Shown piece by piece: positions 46,476 through 58,002 of a DNA stretch of 64,000 nucleotides. The stretch's first letter is position 1; every line of letters starts with the position of its first letter. The DNA is taken from assembly GCF_003018235.1 (NCBI RefSeq), contig NZ_CP027437.1. One strand, written 5' to 3'. Made by a program: the position numbers and the translations under genes. Source of the DNA: Escherichia coli. GTDB taxonomy: Bacteria; Pseudomonadota; Gammaproteobacteria; Enterobacterales; Enterobacteriaceae. The notes below the pieces were generated by a model. The model was not told the origin of the DNA. It did no database searches and saw only the letters and a list, made by a program, of their open reading frames with translations.

Positions 46476-46749
46476 ATTGTTATTCAATAAATTCGCTTTA
46501 ATAGTGATTAATTTATTATTAAACCTGCTCCAAATATTATTATTTGGCAGGTTTAATTTCTTAACGCAAATATAAAACACGAAATTACAACATTTAAGTA
46601 ACAAAACAGCATCTAATATAGCAATATTCATAATTAATGATTTATTATCTGGGGTATGATCGTTTTTTTTTGATCTTCTTCACAGATTATAGCCATTTCA
46701 TGGATAGAATAACTCTACCTTCAACTGACACAGCAAGAGGTAAAGGTAA

Positions 46750-46854
46750 ATGGAAAATAATAACCGCTTAATGCCTCATATAAGGCGGACAACCCATATC
46801 ATGAAGTTTGCCCATCGTAATAGTTTTGACTTTCATTTCTTTAATGCCCGCTAG
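46750..46854 (+). CDS. speFL: speF leader / ornithine-sensing ribosome-arrest peptide
   Basis: 34-codon ORF MENNNRLMPHIRRTTHIMKFAHRNSFDFHFFNAR, ~310 nt upstream of speF. Not in the ORF track (below its length cutoff). The HIRRTTHIMKFAHRNSFDFHFFNAR portion matches SpeFL as I recall it. Confidence 0.75.
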   Translation: MENNNRLMPHIRRTTHIMKFAHRNSFDFHFFNAR

Positions 46855-47164
46855 TCTTCTGACTAAAGGGCACCCCAACGTACAGGTCTCCCTGACTTTA
46901 AGCATTACAGGTTAATACCTGTATCCTTCGGTGCTCATATACTGCTAACCCTTTTAAACTCTAAATAATTCGAGTCGCAGCACTTGCAACTTGAGGTATG
47001 ACGAGTATAGCCAGTTACCGGGCTGGTCTGGGTTATTGCATCTACAAAAAGCAAACTACTGATTTATTTATCAGCGGTGGGGTTTTGCTTTTTTTCCGGC
47101 GTGATCGATTTCTCCTTTGAGAAATTGAGGACCTGCTATTACCTGAAATAAAGAGATGAACAAA

Positions 47165-49363
47165 ATGTCAGAATTAAAAATTGCCGTTAGTCGTTCTTGC
47201 CCGGATTGTTTTTCAACTCATCGCACATGCGTGAATATTGACGAAAGTAATTATATTGACGTTGCCGCCATTATTTTATCGGTCAATGATGTGGAACGTG
47301 GAAAACTCGATGAAATAGACGCTACTGGCTATGGCATTCCTGTTTTTATTGCAACGGAAAATGAAGAACGTGTACCCGCAGAATATCTGCCACGTATTTC
47401 TGGTGTCTTCGAACATTGCGAATCACGTAAAGAGTTTTATGGACGTCAGTTAGAAACCGCTGCAAGCCATTATGAAACGCAACTGCGCCCGCCCTTCTTC
47501 CGCGCACTGGTCGATTATGTTAATCAGGGCAATAGTGCTTTTGACTGCCCTGGTCATCAGGGGGGTGAGTTTTTCCGTCGCCATCCGGCAGGCAATCAGT
47601 TCGTGGAATACTTTGGTGAGGCGCTGTTCCGTGCTGACTTGTGCAACGCCGACGTAGCGATGGGCGATCTGCTGATTCACGAAGGCGCGCCATGCATTGC
47701 ACAGCAACATGCGGCTAAAGTCTTTAATGCCGATAAAACCTATTTCGTTTTAAACGGTACTTCATCTTCTAATAAAGTGGTCTTAAACGCATTGCTGACG
47801 CCGGGCGATCTGGTGTTGTTTGACCGCAATAACCATAAATCTAACCACCACGGTGCGTTGCTACAGGCTGGCGCGACACCGGTTTATCTGGAAACCGCAC
47901 GTAACCCGTATGGTTTTATCGGTGGTATTGACGCTCACTGTTTTGAAGAAAGTTACCTGCGTGAGCTGATTATAGAAGTTGCACCGCAGCGGGCAAAAGA
48001 GGCTCGTCCTTTCCGCCTCGCCGTTATTCAGCTAGGCACTTACGACGGTACGATTTATAACGCCCGTCAGGTGGTGGATAAAATTGGTCATCTGTGTGAC
48101 TACATCCTCTTTGACTCCGCATGGGTCGGCTATGAGCAGTTTATCCCGATGATGGCGGACTGTTCACCACTGTTGCTGGATCTTAATGAGAACGATCCGG
48201 GTATTCTGGTTACGCAATCCGTACATAAACAGCAGGCTGGTTTTTCTCAAACTTCACAAATCCATAAAAAAGACAGCCACATCAAAGGGCAACAGCGTTA
48301 TGTACCGCACAAACGCATGAACAACGCCTTTATGATGCACGCCTCCACCAGCCCGTTCTATCCGCTGTTTGCCGCACTGGATATCAACGCCAAAATGCAT
48401 GAAGGTGTCAGCGGTCGTAATATGTGGATGGATTGTGTGGTAAATGGCATTAATGCCCGCAAACTGATCCTCGATAACTGTCAGCATATTCGTCCGTTCG
48501 TACCTGAACTGGTGGATGGTAAACCCTGGCAGTCGTATGAAACAGCGCAAATTGCGGTTGATCTGCGCTTCTTCCAGTTTGTACCAGGGGAACACTGGCA
48601 TTCTTTTGAAGGCTATGCAGAGAATCAATACTTTGTTGATCCGTGCAAACTGTTGCTGACAACCCCAGGTATTGATGCACGTAACGGCGAATATGAAGCG
48701 TTCGGTGTACCCGCGACGATTCTTGCTAATTTCCTGCGCGAAAATGGCGTAGTGCCGGAAAAATGCGATCTTAACTCCATCCTCTTCCTGCTGACTCCAG
48801 CAGAAGATATGGCCAAACTTCAGCAACTTGTTGCCCTGCTGGTACGCTTCGAAAAACTGCTGGAATCTGATGCGCCGCTGGCGGAAGTGCTACCTTCCAT
48901 CTACAAACAGCATGAAGAGCGCTACGCCGGTTATACGCTTCGTCAGTTGTGCCAGGAAATGCATGATTTGTATGCCCGCCACAACGTGAAACAACTGCAA
49001 AAAGAGATGTTCCGTAAGGAACACTTCCCACGCGTCAGCATGAATCCGCAAGAAGCTAACTACGCCTATTTACGCGGTGAAGTGGAGCTGGTTCGTCTGC
49101 CGGATGCAGAAGGCCGTATCGCTGCCGAAGGTGCGCTTCCTTATCCTCCGGGTGTGCTGTGTGTTGTTCCGGGTGAAATCTGGGGTGGTGCTGTTTTGCG
49201 TTACTTCAGCGCTCTGGAAGAAGGGATCAACCTGCTGCCAGGTTTTGCACCGGAGCTGCAGGGTGTCTATATCGAAGAACATGATGGTCGTAAGCAAGTT
49301 TGGTGCTATGTCATCAAGCCTCGTGATGCGCAAAGCACCCTGTTGAAAGGGGAAAAATTATGA
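47165..49363 (+). CDS. speF: Inducible ornithine decarboxylase
   Basis: Start at the ATG giving MSELKIAVS… (732 aa). Confidence 0.95.
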   Translation: MSELKIAVSRSCPDCFSTHRTCVNIDESNYIDVAAIILSVNDVERGKLDEIDATGYGIPVFIATENEERVPAEYLPRISGVFEHCESRKEFYGRQLETAASHYETQLRPPFFRALVDYVNQGNSAFDCPGHQGGEFFRRHPAGNQFVEYFGEALFRADLCNADVAMGDLLIHEGAPCIAQQHAAKVFNADKTYFVLNGTSSSNKVVLNALLTPGDLVLFDRNNHKSNHHGALLQAGATPVYLETARNPYGFIGGIDAHCFEESYLRELIIEVAPQRAKEARPFRLAVIQLGTYDGTIYNARQVVDKIGHLCDYILFDSAWVGYEQFIPMMADCSPLLLDLNENDPGILVTQSVHKQQAGFSQTSQIHKKDSHIKGQQRYVPHKRMNNAFMMHASTSPFYPLFAALDINAKMHEGVSGRNMWMDCVVNGINARKLILDNCQHIRPFVPELVDGKPWQSYETAQIAVDLRFFQFVPGEHWHSFEGYAENQYFVDPCKLLLTTPGIDARNGEYEAFGVPATILANFLRENGVVPEKCDLNSILFLLTPAEDMAKLQQLVALLVRFEKLLESDAPLAEVLPSIYKQHEERYAGYTLRQLCQEMHDLYARHNVKQLQKEMFRKEHFPRVSMNPQEANYAYLRGEVELVRLPDAEGRIAAEGALPYPPGVLCVVPGEIWGGAVLRYFSALEEGINLLPGFAPELQGVYIEEHDGRKQVWCYVIKPRDAQSTLLKGEKL

Positions 49364-50679
49364 GTCAGGCTAAATCGAACAAAATGGGCGTCGTTCAGTT
49401 AACCATACTGACGATGGTCAACATGATGGGCTCCGGTATCATCATGCTGCCGACAAAGCTTGCCGAAGTTGGGACAATTTCAATTATCTCCTGGCTGGTG
49501 ACAGCCGTAGGCTCAATGGCACTGGCATGGGCATTCGCAAAATGCGGTATGTTCAGCCGTAAATCAGGCGGTATGGGCGGTTATGCGGAGTATGCTTTCG
49601 GTAAATCCGGGAACTTTATGGCGAACTATACCTACGGCGTCTCACTGCTAATTGCTAACGTCGCGATTGCTATTTCGGCGGTTGGTTACGGCACCGAACT
49701 GCTCGGCGCGAGTTTGTCGCCAGTGCAGATTGGTCTTGCGACCATCGGGGTGCTGTGGATTTGTACCGTGGCTAACTTTGGTGGTGCGCGCATTACCGGG
49801 CAAATCAGTAGCATTACCGTGTGGGGGGTCATTATTCCGGTGGTAGGCCTGTGCGTTATCGGCTGGTTCTGGTTTAGCCCGACGCTTTACGTTGATTCCT
49901 GGAATCCGCATCATGCACCGTTCTTCAGTGCGGTAGGTTCTTCCATCGCTATGACGCTGTGGGCTTTTCTTGGTCTGGAGTCTGCGTGTGCGAATACTGA
50001 TGTAGTGGAAAACCCGGAACGTAATGTGCCAATCGCGGTACTCGGCGGTACGTTAGGTGCGGCGGTGATTTATATCGTCTCCACCAACGTGATTGCAGGG
50101 ATTGTGCCTAATATGGAGCTGGCAAATTCAACGGCACCATTTGGCCTGGCCTTCGCACAGATGTTCACGCCAGAAGTGGGTAAAGTCATTATGGCGCTGA
50201 TGGTGATGTCCTGCTGCGGTTCGCTGCTTGGCTGGCAGTTCACCATTGCCCAGGTGTTTAAATCTTCATCTGATGAAGGCTACTTCCCTAAAATTTTCTC
50301 CCGTGTAACCAAAGTGGATGCACCGGTGCAGGGAATGTTGACCATTGTGATTATCCAGAGCGGGTTGGCGCTGATGACGATTAGCCCGTCGCTAAACAGT
50401 CAGTTCAACGTGCTGGTTAACCTAGCCGTGGTGACCAATATCATTCCGTATATTCTGTCAATGGCGGCATTAGTCATTATTCAGAAGGTCGCTAATGTGC
50501 CCCCCTCAAAAGCGAAAGTTGCAAACTTTGTTGCTTTTGTTGGCGCGATGTACAGCTTTTATGCGCTGTACTCATCCGGGGAAGAAGCCATGCTATACGG
50601 TTCCATCGTGACCTTCCTCGGTTGGACACTGTATGGTCTGGTCTCACCACGCTTTGAACTGAAAAATAAACACGGTTAA
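49360..50679 (+). CDS. potE: Putrescine/ornithine antiporter
   Basis: 439-aa ORF; 4-nt overlap with the speF stop. Confidence 0.95.
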   Translation: MSQAKSNKMGVVQLTILTMVNMMGSGIIMLPTKLAEVGTISIISWLVTAVGSMALAWAFAKCGMFSRKSGGMGGYAEYAFGKSGNFMANYTYGVSLLIANVAIAISAVGYGTELLGASLSPVQIGLATIGVLWICTVANFGGARITGQISSITVWGVIIPVVGLCVIGWFWFSPTLYVDSWNPHHAPFFSAVGSSIAMTLWAFLGLESACANTDVVENPERNVPIAVLGGTLGAAVIYIVSTNVIAGIVPNMELANSTAPFGLAFAQMFTPEVGKVIMALMVMSCCGSLLGWQFTIAQVFKSSSDEGYFPKIFSRVTKVDAPVQGMLTIVIIQSGLALMTISPSLNSQFNVLVNLAVVTNIIPYILSMAALVIIQKVANVPPSKAKVANFVAFVGAMYSFYALYSSGEEAMLYGSIVTFLGWTLYGLVSPRFELKNKHG

Positions 50680-50689
50680 TTAAGCAAAG

Positions 50690-50722
50690 CAAAAAAGGGC
50701 GATCTTCCGACCGCCCTTTTTC
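50690..50722. terminator. Bidirectional intrinsic terminator between convergent potE and pgm
   Basis: aaaaaagggcgatcttccgaccgccctttttctt: a GC hairpin flanked by A- and T-runs. Confidence 0.6.
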
Positions 50723-50735
50723 TTATTTAATGTGT

Positions 50736-52376
50736 TTACGCGTTTTTCAGAACTTCGCTAACAATCTCAACCGCTTCTTTCTCGATCTGCTTGCGATGCT
50801 CTTCACCGAGGAAGCTTTCGCAATAAATCTTGTACGCGTCTTCCGTGCCTGACGGACGCGCGGCGAACCAGCCGTTGTCAGTCATCACTTTCAGACCGCC
50901 AATAGAAGCACCGTTGCCCGGAGCAGCAGTCAGGCGTGCGGTGATCGGGTCACCTGCCAGGGTGCTGGCGCTCACCATTTCCGGAGACAGCTTAGACAGC
51001 GCCGCTTTTTGTGCGGAAGTCGCAGCTGCCTGCAAACGGTTGTAGCTCGGCGCACCAAAGCGTTTTGCCAGTTCGTTGTAGTGTTCCTGCGGGTTCTTAC
51101 CGGTGACAGCGGTGATTTCCGCCGCCAGCAGACACATGATGATGCCGTCTTTGTCGGTGGACCACGGCGTGCCGTCGAAACGCAGGAAGGAAGCCCCCGC
51201 ACTCTCTTCGCCGCCAAAGCCGAAGCTGCCGTCAAACAGACCATCAACAAACCATTTGAAACCTACCGGGACTTCTACCAGTTTACGGCCCAAATCGTTG
51301 ACCACACGGTCGATCATCGCAGAAGAAACCAGCGTTTTACCGACAGCAACATCTTTGCCCCACTGCGGACGGTGCTGGAACAGGTAGTTGATCGCCACCG
51401 CCAGGTAGTGGTTCGGATTCATCAAACCTGCCGGAGTGACGATACCGTGACGGTCATAATCCGGGTCGTTAGCAAACGCCAGATCGAACTTATCACGCAG
51501 TGCCAGCAGACCCGCCATCGCACACTCGGAGGAGCAGTCCATACGGATCGCACCGTCTTTATCTAGGTGCATAAAGCGGAAGGTTTGATCGACCTGATCG
51601 TTAACGATGGTCAGGTTGAGGTTGTAATACTCGCCAATGCGCTTCCAGTATTCGATACCGGAACCACCCAGCGGATCAACGCCCAGCGTCAGGCCCGCTT
51701 TCTGAATCGCCGCCATATCAACGATATCGGCCAGCCCTTCCACAAACGGCTGCACCAGATCCTGCTCTTTCACATGACCGGATGCCATCGCTTCGTCGAG
51801 GGAGATACGCTTCACGCCTTTCAGGCCATCGGCCATCAGTGCGTTGGCCCTGTCTTCCACCACTTTGGTGACGTTAGTATCAGCCGGGCCACCATTTGGC
51901 GGATTGTACTTGATACCACCATCTTCCGGCGGGTTATGGGACGGTGTAATCACGATACCGTCTGCCAGCGGGCCACCTTTTTTATTGTGAACCAGAATGG
52001 CATTGGAAATGGCAGGTGTCGGAGTGAAGCCATTGTTTTCCTGCACAATGACATCAACGCCGTTCGCTGCCAGCACTTCCAGAACGGAAATGAACGCAGG
52101 CTCGGACAGGGCGTGAGTATCTTTACCCACATAGCAAGGGCCAGTGATGCCGTTTTTCGCACGTTCTTCAGCAATTGCCTGAGCGATCGCCAGAATGTGC
52201 GGCTCGTTAAAGCTGTGGCGCGCTGCACTGCCACGGTGACCGGAAGTACCGAATTTCACCGCGTGCTCCGCATTCCCTGCTTCTGGTTTCAGTACATAAT
52301 ATTGCGCCGTTAGTTGGGCGACGTTAATCAAATCACTCTGTTGTGCAGGTTGGCCTGCACGATTGTGGATTGCCAT
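50736..52376 (-). CDS. pgm: Phosphoglucomutase
   Basis: Start at the ATG giving [27 protein letters not shown] (546 aa); active-site TPSHNP present. Confidence 0.95.
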   Translation of the reverse strand: MAIHNRAGQPAQQSDLINVAQLTAQYYVLKPEAGNAEHAVKFGTSGHRGSAARHSFNEPHILAIAQAIAEERAKNGITGPCYVGKDTHALSEPAFISVLEVLAANGVDVIVQENNGFTPTPAISNAILVHNKKGGPLADGIVITPSHNPPEDGGIKYNPPNGGPADTNVTKVVEDRANALMADGLKGVKRISLDEAMASGHVKEQDLVQPFVEGLADIVDMAAIQKAGLTLGVDPLGGSGIEYWKRIGEYYNLNLTIVNDQVDQTFRFMHLDKDGAIRMDCSSECAMAGLLALRDKFDLAFANDPDYDRHGIVTPAGLMNPNHYLAVAINYLFQHRPQWGKDVAVGKTLVSSAMIDRVVNDLGRKLVEVPVGFKWFVDGLFDGSFGFGGEESAGASFLRFDGTPWSTDKDGIIMCLLAAEITAVTGKNPQEHYNELAKRFGAPSYNRLQAAATSAQKAALSKLSPEMVSASTLAGDPITARLTAAPGNGASIGGLKVMTDNGWFAARPSGTEDAYKIYCESFLGEEHRKQIEKEAVEIVSEVLKNA

Positions 52377-52401
52377 TGCTTTGTCCTTTGTCTGCAACGT
52401 T

Positions 52402-52947
52402 TTAGATAGTTCCGCAAACCTTCTCAATCAATTCCGCCGGGAATTGCATCGACTGCATGATGTGTTCGATCATGCTGCATTTACGGCCGGTGTTGGTGTT
52501 GGTGATCACCCAATACGGCGTGCCAGGCACATGTTTCGGCTTGGTCTGATTACCATTTTTCAGCAGCGTTTGTTCATCTGCCGCAAAGTAAACGCGTGTA
52601 CGACCGTGCAACGATTCCGTTGCTTCGGCAAACGCCTGGGCGTCAAGAGAATATAGTGTAGACAACAGCAGCATAAAGCGATTGACCGCTCGCTTTTGCT
52701 CTGCGTATTCATCCGAAAGCAGAAGTTCACGCATTGCGCGAACCTTGTCTTTAATCGTTTTGACCGGCTTCGCTTCGACGATAGCAGGTGACGCAACGCG
52801 AACCTCTTTCGTCACCGGAGCAGCAGGCTGTGATGCGGCGGAAAATTTCAACATACGCCGTAAAATGTCGGATGCGCTCTCGCCGATATGCTTAGTGTGG
52901 CTGGCAATATAGCTGTAGAGTTCATCATCAACTTCAATCGTTTTCAT
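52402..52947 (-). CDS. seqA: Negative regulator of replication initiation SeqA
   Basis: Start at the ATG giving [33 protein letters not shown] (181 aa). Confidence 0.95.
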
Positions 52948-53131
52948 CTTAATCCAGTGCAGTGTCTTAGCTGAATACAAGTCGCCAGGAGTATATGAAT
53001 AAATCCCGGCAGCGGATAGCGTCAAGCCTGGCTTGCAGAAAAACTCGGAATAAACCTTATTTGTTGCAGCCCTGTGGCACAATGGTCAACATAATACCCT
53101 AACCCGACAACGCGAAAAAAAGAACTTTGCC

Positions 53132-53896
53132 ATGAAATTGAATATCCGCGCGCAAACTGCACAAAACCAGCACAATAATTCTCCCATCGTTCTTGTCCAT
53201 GGTCTGTTTGGCAGTCTCGACAACCTTGGCGTACTGGCTCGCGATCTGGTAAACGATCACAATATCATCCAGGTTGATATGCGTAACCACGGTCTTTCAC
53301 CGAGAGATCCAGTGATGAATTACCCGGCGATGGCGCAGGATCTTGTTGATACCCTGGATGCACTGCAGATCGACAAAGCAACATTTATCGGTCACTCCAT
53401 GGGCGGTAAAGCGGTAATGGCACTTACTGCACTGACCCCCGATCGGATTGACAAGCTGGTGGCAATTGATATTGCTCCGGTCAATTATCACGTTCGCCGG
53501 CATGATGAGATTTTCGCGGCCATCAACGCAGTCAGTGAATCGGACGCACAAACTCGCCAGCAAGCAGCAGCAATAATGCGCCAGCATCTTAATGAAGAAG
53601 GGGTGATTCAGTTTCTGCTGAAATCTTTTGTTGATGGGGAGTGGCGCTTTAACGTGCCGGTATTGTGGGATCAGTATCCGCATATTGTGGGTTGGGAGAA
53701 AATCCCGGCATGGGATCACCCTGCCCTGTTTATCCCTGGCGGCAATTCTCCGTATGTTAGCGAGCAGTACCGCGATGATTTACTGGCACAATTTCCACAG
53801 GCACGGGCGCATGTGATTGCAGGCGCGGGTCACTGGGTCCATGCTGAAAAACCGGATGCGGTATTACGCGCTATCCGTCGCTATCTCAATGATTAA
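53132..53896 (+). CDS. ybfF: Alpha/beta-hydrolase-fold esterase
   Basis: 254-aa ORF with a GHSMGG nucleophile motif. Confidence 0.92.
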   Translation: MKLNIRAQTAQNQHNNSPIVLVHGLFGSLDNLGVLARDLVNDHNIIQVDMRNHGLSPRDPVMNYPAMAQDLVDTLDALQIDKATFIGHSMGGKAVMALTALTPDRIDKLVAIDIAPVNYHVRRHDEIFAAINAVSESDAQTRQQAAAIMRQHLNEEGVIQFLLKSFVDGEWRFNVPVLWDQYPHIVGWEKIPAWDHPALFIPGGNSPYVSEQYRDDLLAQFPQARAHVIAGAGHWVHAEKPDAVLRAIRRYLND

Positions 53897-54035
53897 CGCA
53901 ACTGATTAAAAACCCAGCGCCCGCGTCGCTTTCCGCGCGCGGGCGTTGGCGTGACTCATCGCGCTGATGTATTATGGCGCGCTATCCATCCGGGCAGAGG
54001 CCTGGCTGATTGTTTCCCCCGAAGTCACCAAAATC

Positions 54036-54329
54036 ATGGCCAAAGAACAAACGGACCGTACGACATTAGATCTGTTCGCGCACGAGCGTCGACCGGGACG
54101 ACCGAAAACTAATCCGCTTTCGCGCGATGAACAGCTGCGTATTAATAAACGCAACCAGCTAAAACGCGACAAAGTACGTGGCCTTAAGCGTGTCGAACTG
54201 AAGCTGAACGCGGAAGCTGTCGAGGCGCTGAACGAGCTGGCGGAATCGCGCAATATGAGCCGTAGCGAACTGATCGAAGAGATGTTAATGCAGCAACTGG
54301 CGGCGCTGCGTAGTCAGGGCATCGTTTAA
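54036..54329 (+). CDS. ybfE: CopG-family small protein YbfE
   Basis: Start at the ATG giving [41 protein letters not shown]… (97 aa). Confidence 0.85.
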   Translation: MAKEQTDRTTLDLFAHERRPGRPKTNPLSRDEQLRINKRNQLKRDKVRGLKRVELKLNAEAVEALNELAESRNMSRSELIEEMLMQQLAALRSQGIV

Positions 54330-54468
54330 ATTTCCACTTTCATGTAGCACAGTGTGCAGTCCTGCTCGTTTGCTGATTCCGCAAGACTGCCTGTTCTGCT
54401 ATGATTGCCTTTATCCGTGGGCAATTTTCCACCCCCATTTCAATAAGTTTCAAGAGGTTATTTCACTC

Positions 54469-54999
54469 ATGGCTATCACTGGCATCTTTTTCGGCAGCGA
54501 CACCGGTAATACCGAAAATATCGCAAAAATGATTCAAAAACAGCTTGGTAAAGACGTTGCCGATGTCCATGACATTGCAAAAAGCAGCAAAGAAGATCTG
54601 GAAGCATATGACATTCTGCTGCTGGGCATCCCAACCTGGTATTACGGCGAAGCGCAGTGTGACTGGGATGACTTCTTCCCGACTCTCGAAGAGATTGATT
54701 TCAATGGCAAACTGGTTGCGCTGTTTGGCTGTGGTGACCAGGAAGATTACGCTGAATACTTCTGTGACGCATTGGGCACCATCCGCGACATCATTGAACC
54801 GCGCGGTGCAACCATTGTTGGTCACTGGCCAACTGCGGGCTACCATTTCGAAGCGTCAAAAGGTCTGGCAGATGACGACCACTTTGTCGGTCTGGCTATC
54901 GACGAAGACCGTCAGCCGGAACTGACCGCTGAACGTGTAGAAAAATGGGTTAAACAGATTTCTGAAGAGTTGCATCTCGACGAAATTCTCAATGCCTGA
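54469..54999 (+). CDS. fldA: Flavodoxin 1
   Basis: Start at the ATG giving [27 protein letters not shown] (176 aa). Confidence 0.95.
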
Positions 55000-55208
55000 T
55001 GTGATGCGGCGTAGACTCATGTCTACGCCGTATTAATAGATAATGCCAATCAAAATAATTGCTACAAATTTGTAACTTTTGCTGTTGTACCTGTACAATG
55101 TCCCGGTGTTCAAGTGGCCTTGCCGTTGTAAATGTAAGCTGTGCCACGTTTTTATTAACAATATTTGCCAGGGACTTGTGGTTTTCATTTAGGCGTGGCA
55201 ACTCTATA

Positions 55209-55295
55209 ATGATACGCATTATCTCAAGAGCAAATTCTGTCACTTCTCCTAATGAAGTGAACCGCTTAGTAACAGGACAGATTCCGCATGACTGA
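55209..55295 (+). CDS. uof: Upstream ORF of fur (leader peptide coupled to fur translation)
   Basis: 28-codon ORF MIRIISRANSVTSPNEVNRLVTGQIPHD whose stop overlaps the fur start by 8 nt. Confidence 0.7.
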   Translation: MIRIISRANSVTSPNEVNRLVTGQIPHD

Positions 55296-55734
55296 TAACA
55301 ATACCGCCCTAAAGAAAGCTGGCCTGAAAGTAACGCTTCCTCGTTTAAAAATCCTGGAAGTTCTTCAGGAGCCGGACAACCATCACGTCAGTGCGGAAGA
55401 TTTATACAAACGTCTGATCGATATGGGTGAAGAAATTGGTCTGGCTACGGTATATCGCGTACTGAACCAGTTTGACGATGCTGGTATCGTCACCCGCCAC
55501 AATTTTGAAGGCGGTAAATCCGTATTTGAACTGACACAGCAACATCACCACGATCACCTGATCTGCCTCGACTGCGGCAAGGTTATCGAATTTAGTGATG
55601 ATTCCATCGAAGCGCGTCAGCGTGAAATTGCCGCAAAACATGGCATTCGCCTGACTAACCACAGTCTCTATCTTTACGGTCACTGTGCCGAAGGCGATTG
55701 CCGCGAAGATGAGCACGCGCACGAAGGCAAATAA
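55288..55734 (+). CDS. fur: Ferric uptake regulator
   Basis: 148-aa ORF (MTDNNTALKKAGLKVTLPRLKILEVLQEPDNHHVSAEDLYKRL…). Confidence 0.97.
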   Translation: MTDNNTALKKAGLKVTLPRLKILEVLQEPDNHHVSAEDLYKRLIDMGEEIGLATVYRVLNQFDDAGIVTRHNFEGGKSVFELTQQHHHDHLICLDCGKVIEFSDDSIEARQREIAAKHGIRLTNHSLYLYGHCAEGDCREDEHAHEGK

Positions 55735-55817
55735 GCCAGCCGGAACGAGAAAAGCCAACCTGCGGGTTGGCTTTTTTATACACGGGAAATAAGAAAAGCG
55801 AGAGTTACAGCTCTCAC

Positions 55818-56144
55818 TTATTTGTTATTACTGCGAATTTCCTGCCAGACCTTATCACAATCGGCTTTCACCGCCTGATCATTACCGGTTTGCGTTGCGC
55901 GCAGACACTGCTGATAATCCAGTACGCGTACACTTTCCTGGTCGGCAAACTGCTGATGTTGTTTCTCTTTCTTCAGCACGTTTAACACGCTCTGGCAGGC
56001 TTCAATTTTTTCTGGCGAACCTTGTGCGGTGTTGATACAGGCGCTGTATGCCTCTTTCAGACGACTGTCTTCCTGTGGCGCGGTTGATTGCGCACAAGCT
56101 ACCAGCCCCGATGCCATTATGGCGATGAGAATCAGTTTTTTCAT
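55818..56144 (-). CDS. chiQ: Chitooligosaccharide-related lipoprotein ChiQ
   Basis: 108-aa ORF with lipoprotein signal MKKLILIAIMASGLVAC, downstream of chiP on the same strand. Confidence 0.85.
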   Translation of the reverse strand: MKKLILIAIMASGLVACAQSTAPQEDSRLKEAYSACINTAQGSPEKIEACQSVLNVLKKEKQHQQFADQESVRVLDYQQCLRATQTGNDQAVKADCDKVWQEIRSNNK

Positions 56145-56193
56145 AGCAAATTCCTCAAACGTGCGGCAGGCACAAAACCTGCCGCGTCGGGCA

Positions 56194-57600
56194 TCAGAAG
56201 ATGGTGAATGGTGCGATTACCATAAATTTCACGTCACGCTCATCCTGGAAAATGTTGCCGTAACCACCGCCCCAGCTTGGGATGTCGGAGTGGTTGTCGT
56301 ATTCGGTGAAGTGCAGTTTGAACATCGTGCCTTTGGCGCGACCGTCCTGAATGGTGTAGACCGCATCCAGGCTGTAGGCAGACTCTTCAATAGTCCGGTT
56401 TTTGTCGTAGTACGCATCCGGATTGCTCTGCCAGGTAGCGGGTTTAGCATCCCATGCGTAAACGTAGGAAGCGCCGATGGCGAAGCCTGGAAGATTCCAG
56501 TTTTTCAAGTCATACATCGCACCGAAGAAGACCGCTTTTTCGCCGTTGGCGTTGAAGTCAGAACGGTTATCCCACCAGATATCCAGGCGACCGTTGGAGG
56601 AAGCGTAGGTTGGAGTCATACGTTGCAGGAAGTATCCCTGCTGACCGTCGGCTTTAACCCAGGTGCCTTCCAGACGCAAATCCACTACATCAGCCGCCCG
56701 GTAACCAAAGGTCAATGCTTGCAGCCAGGCAGTGCCGTCGTAAAGGTCGTTGACGCTGCGATCGTCAACTTTATCGCGCGTACCGTAGAACTGGTAGCTG
56801 GTGGTTAACGGGCTACCGGCGATATCAAATTTGTAGCTGGCTTTGGCAAAGTATTGATCGATATACCCTTCCGCCTGACCAAATGCTGCTTCCAGTACGA
56901 AGTTATTTTTGAAGTCGTATTTCGCACCGATGGAGTGCAGATAATCAACTTTGGTGGTTTTATCGTTCTGATAAAACTCATCCATTTCCAGATGCCACGG
57001 TGCTTTGTATTCGTTGGTCCACATGTAGGAGAAACTCAACGCACCAGCATCGCCGTAATCAAAATTCGCCCCGGCTTCCGCCCCCTGATAAGTACCCGGC
57101 ATAAAGCTCCAGTGCGGCGCTAACAGCGTTTGACCAGTTGGCTGAATGTAACCTGCCCTCGCCCAAACCGGACCGTATTTAAATTTGGCCGCTGCTTTAT
57201 ACAGGCTTATACCGCTTTTATCGCCGGACCAGTCTTCGTCATAGGCTTTATTACTTTTTGAAAACGCGATTTCGTTCGGGTGAGAGCTGTCACCGTTTTC
57301 CGCCATTTCAATCGCCGTAAACGCGGCAATATCAAGGCCGAACATATCAGCAGCATAACCGGACTGAAAATCGAGGTTGGCGTTCCAGGTGGAGTGAGAA
57401 AGGTTGGTTTTGTATTTGTCGCCGTCGGTAACATCTTTACGGTCGCGTTCACGCTGCCAGTAATAGATACCGCCGGTTAAGGTTGAATCGTCGATGAATC
57501 CTTCGGCGCGAGCCTCCGGCATTGCCATAAAGCCCGACATTGCTGTAACACCGGCGATAGCCAGCGCCAGCGTACTACGTTTGCCACTAAACGTACGCAT
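56194..57600 (-). CDS. chiP: Chitoporin (OprD-family outer-membrane porin)
   Basis: 468-aa ORF with signal peptide and C-terminal …[12 protein letters not shown] beta-barrel terminus. Confidence 0.93.
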   Translation of the reverse strand: MRTFSGKRSTLALAIAGVTAMSGFMAMPEARAEGFIDDSTLTGGIYYWQRERDRKDVTDGDKYKTNLSHSTWNANLDFQSGYAADMFGLDIAAFTAIEMAENGDSSHPNEIAFSKSNKAYDEDWSGDKSGISLYKAAAKFKYGPVWARAGYIQPTGQTLLAPHWSFMPGTYQGAEAGANFDYGDAGALSFSYMWTNEYKAPWHLEMDEFYQNDKTTKVDYLHSIGAKYDFKNNFVLEAAFGQAEGYIDQYFAKASYKFDIAGSPLTTSYQFYGTRDKVDDRSVNDLYDGTAWLQALTFGYRAADVVDLRLEGTWVKADGQQGYFLQRMTPTYASSNGRLDIWWDNRSDFNANGEKAVFFGAMYDLKNWNLPGFAIGASYVYAWDAKPATWQSNPDAYYDKNRTIEESAYSLDAVYTIQDGRAKGTMFKLHFTEYDNHSDIPSWGGGYGNIFQDERDVKFMVIAPFTIF

Positions 57601-57953
57601 GGGTTAATCCTCTTTGACGTATAAATTGCTGCACCAAAGGTGAACAGCGAAAAAAATAAAAATTAAAAAAGTAGCGTTGAGAAAAGTCTCGCTGACTACA
57701 GGAACAGACTATTTTTCGCGACGCGAATTATCAATCTCTTTCTGTAACCAGAATGTAAGAACATGAGCAACCGCACATATTTTGATGATTTTTGTTACAA
57801 GGCTTAAGTTTGCAGTTGAAAGGCTTGCAGAAGAATAAAAACGTGAAATTCCAGCAAGATGAAAGCGGTTACATTTTATTTAATTATGTTTTGTGATTTT
57901 AAATTTATTTTATGGATAAATTGCGAAGCGGAATTAATTCGCGAAGAAAAGCA

Positions 57954-57984
57954 GAAAAAAACGCCGCAGAGCGCGGCATTTTGA
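57954..57984 (-). terminator. Probable glnS intrinsic terminator
   Basis: On the minus strand: GCCGCGCTCTGCGGC hairpin followed by T7, ~65 nt after the glnS stop. Confidence 0.55.
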
Positions 57985-58002
57985 ATTGTTTGCATGTTTC
58001 AT

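Noticed and set aside
56029-56808. 259-aa plus-strand ORF
   Set aside because: Antisense to chiQ/chiP; no recognisable features.
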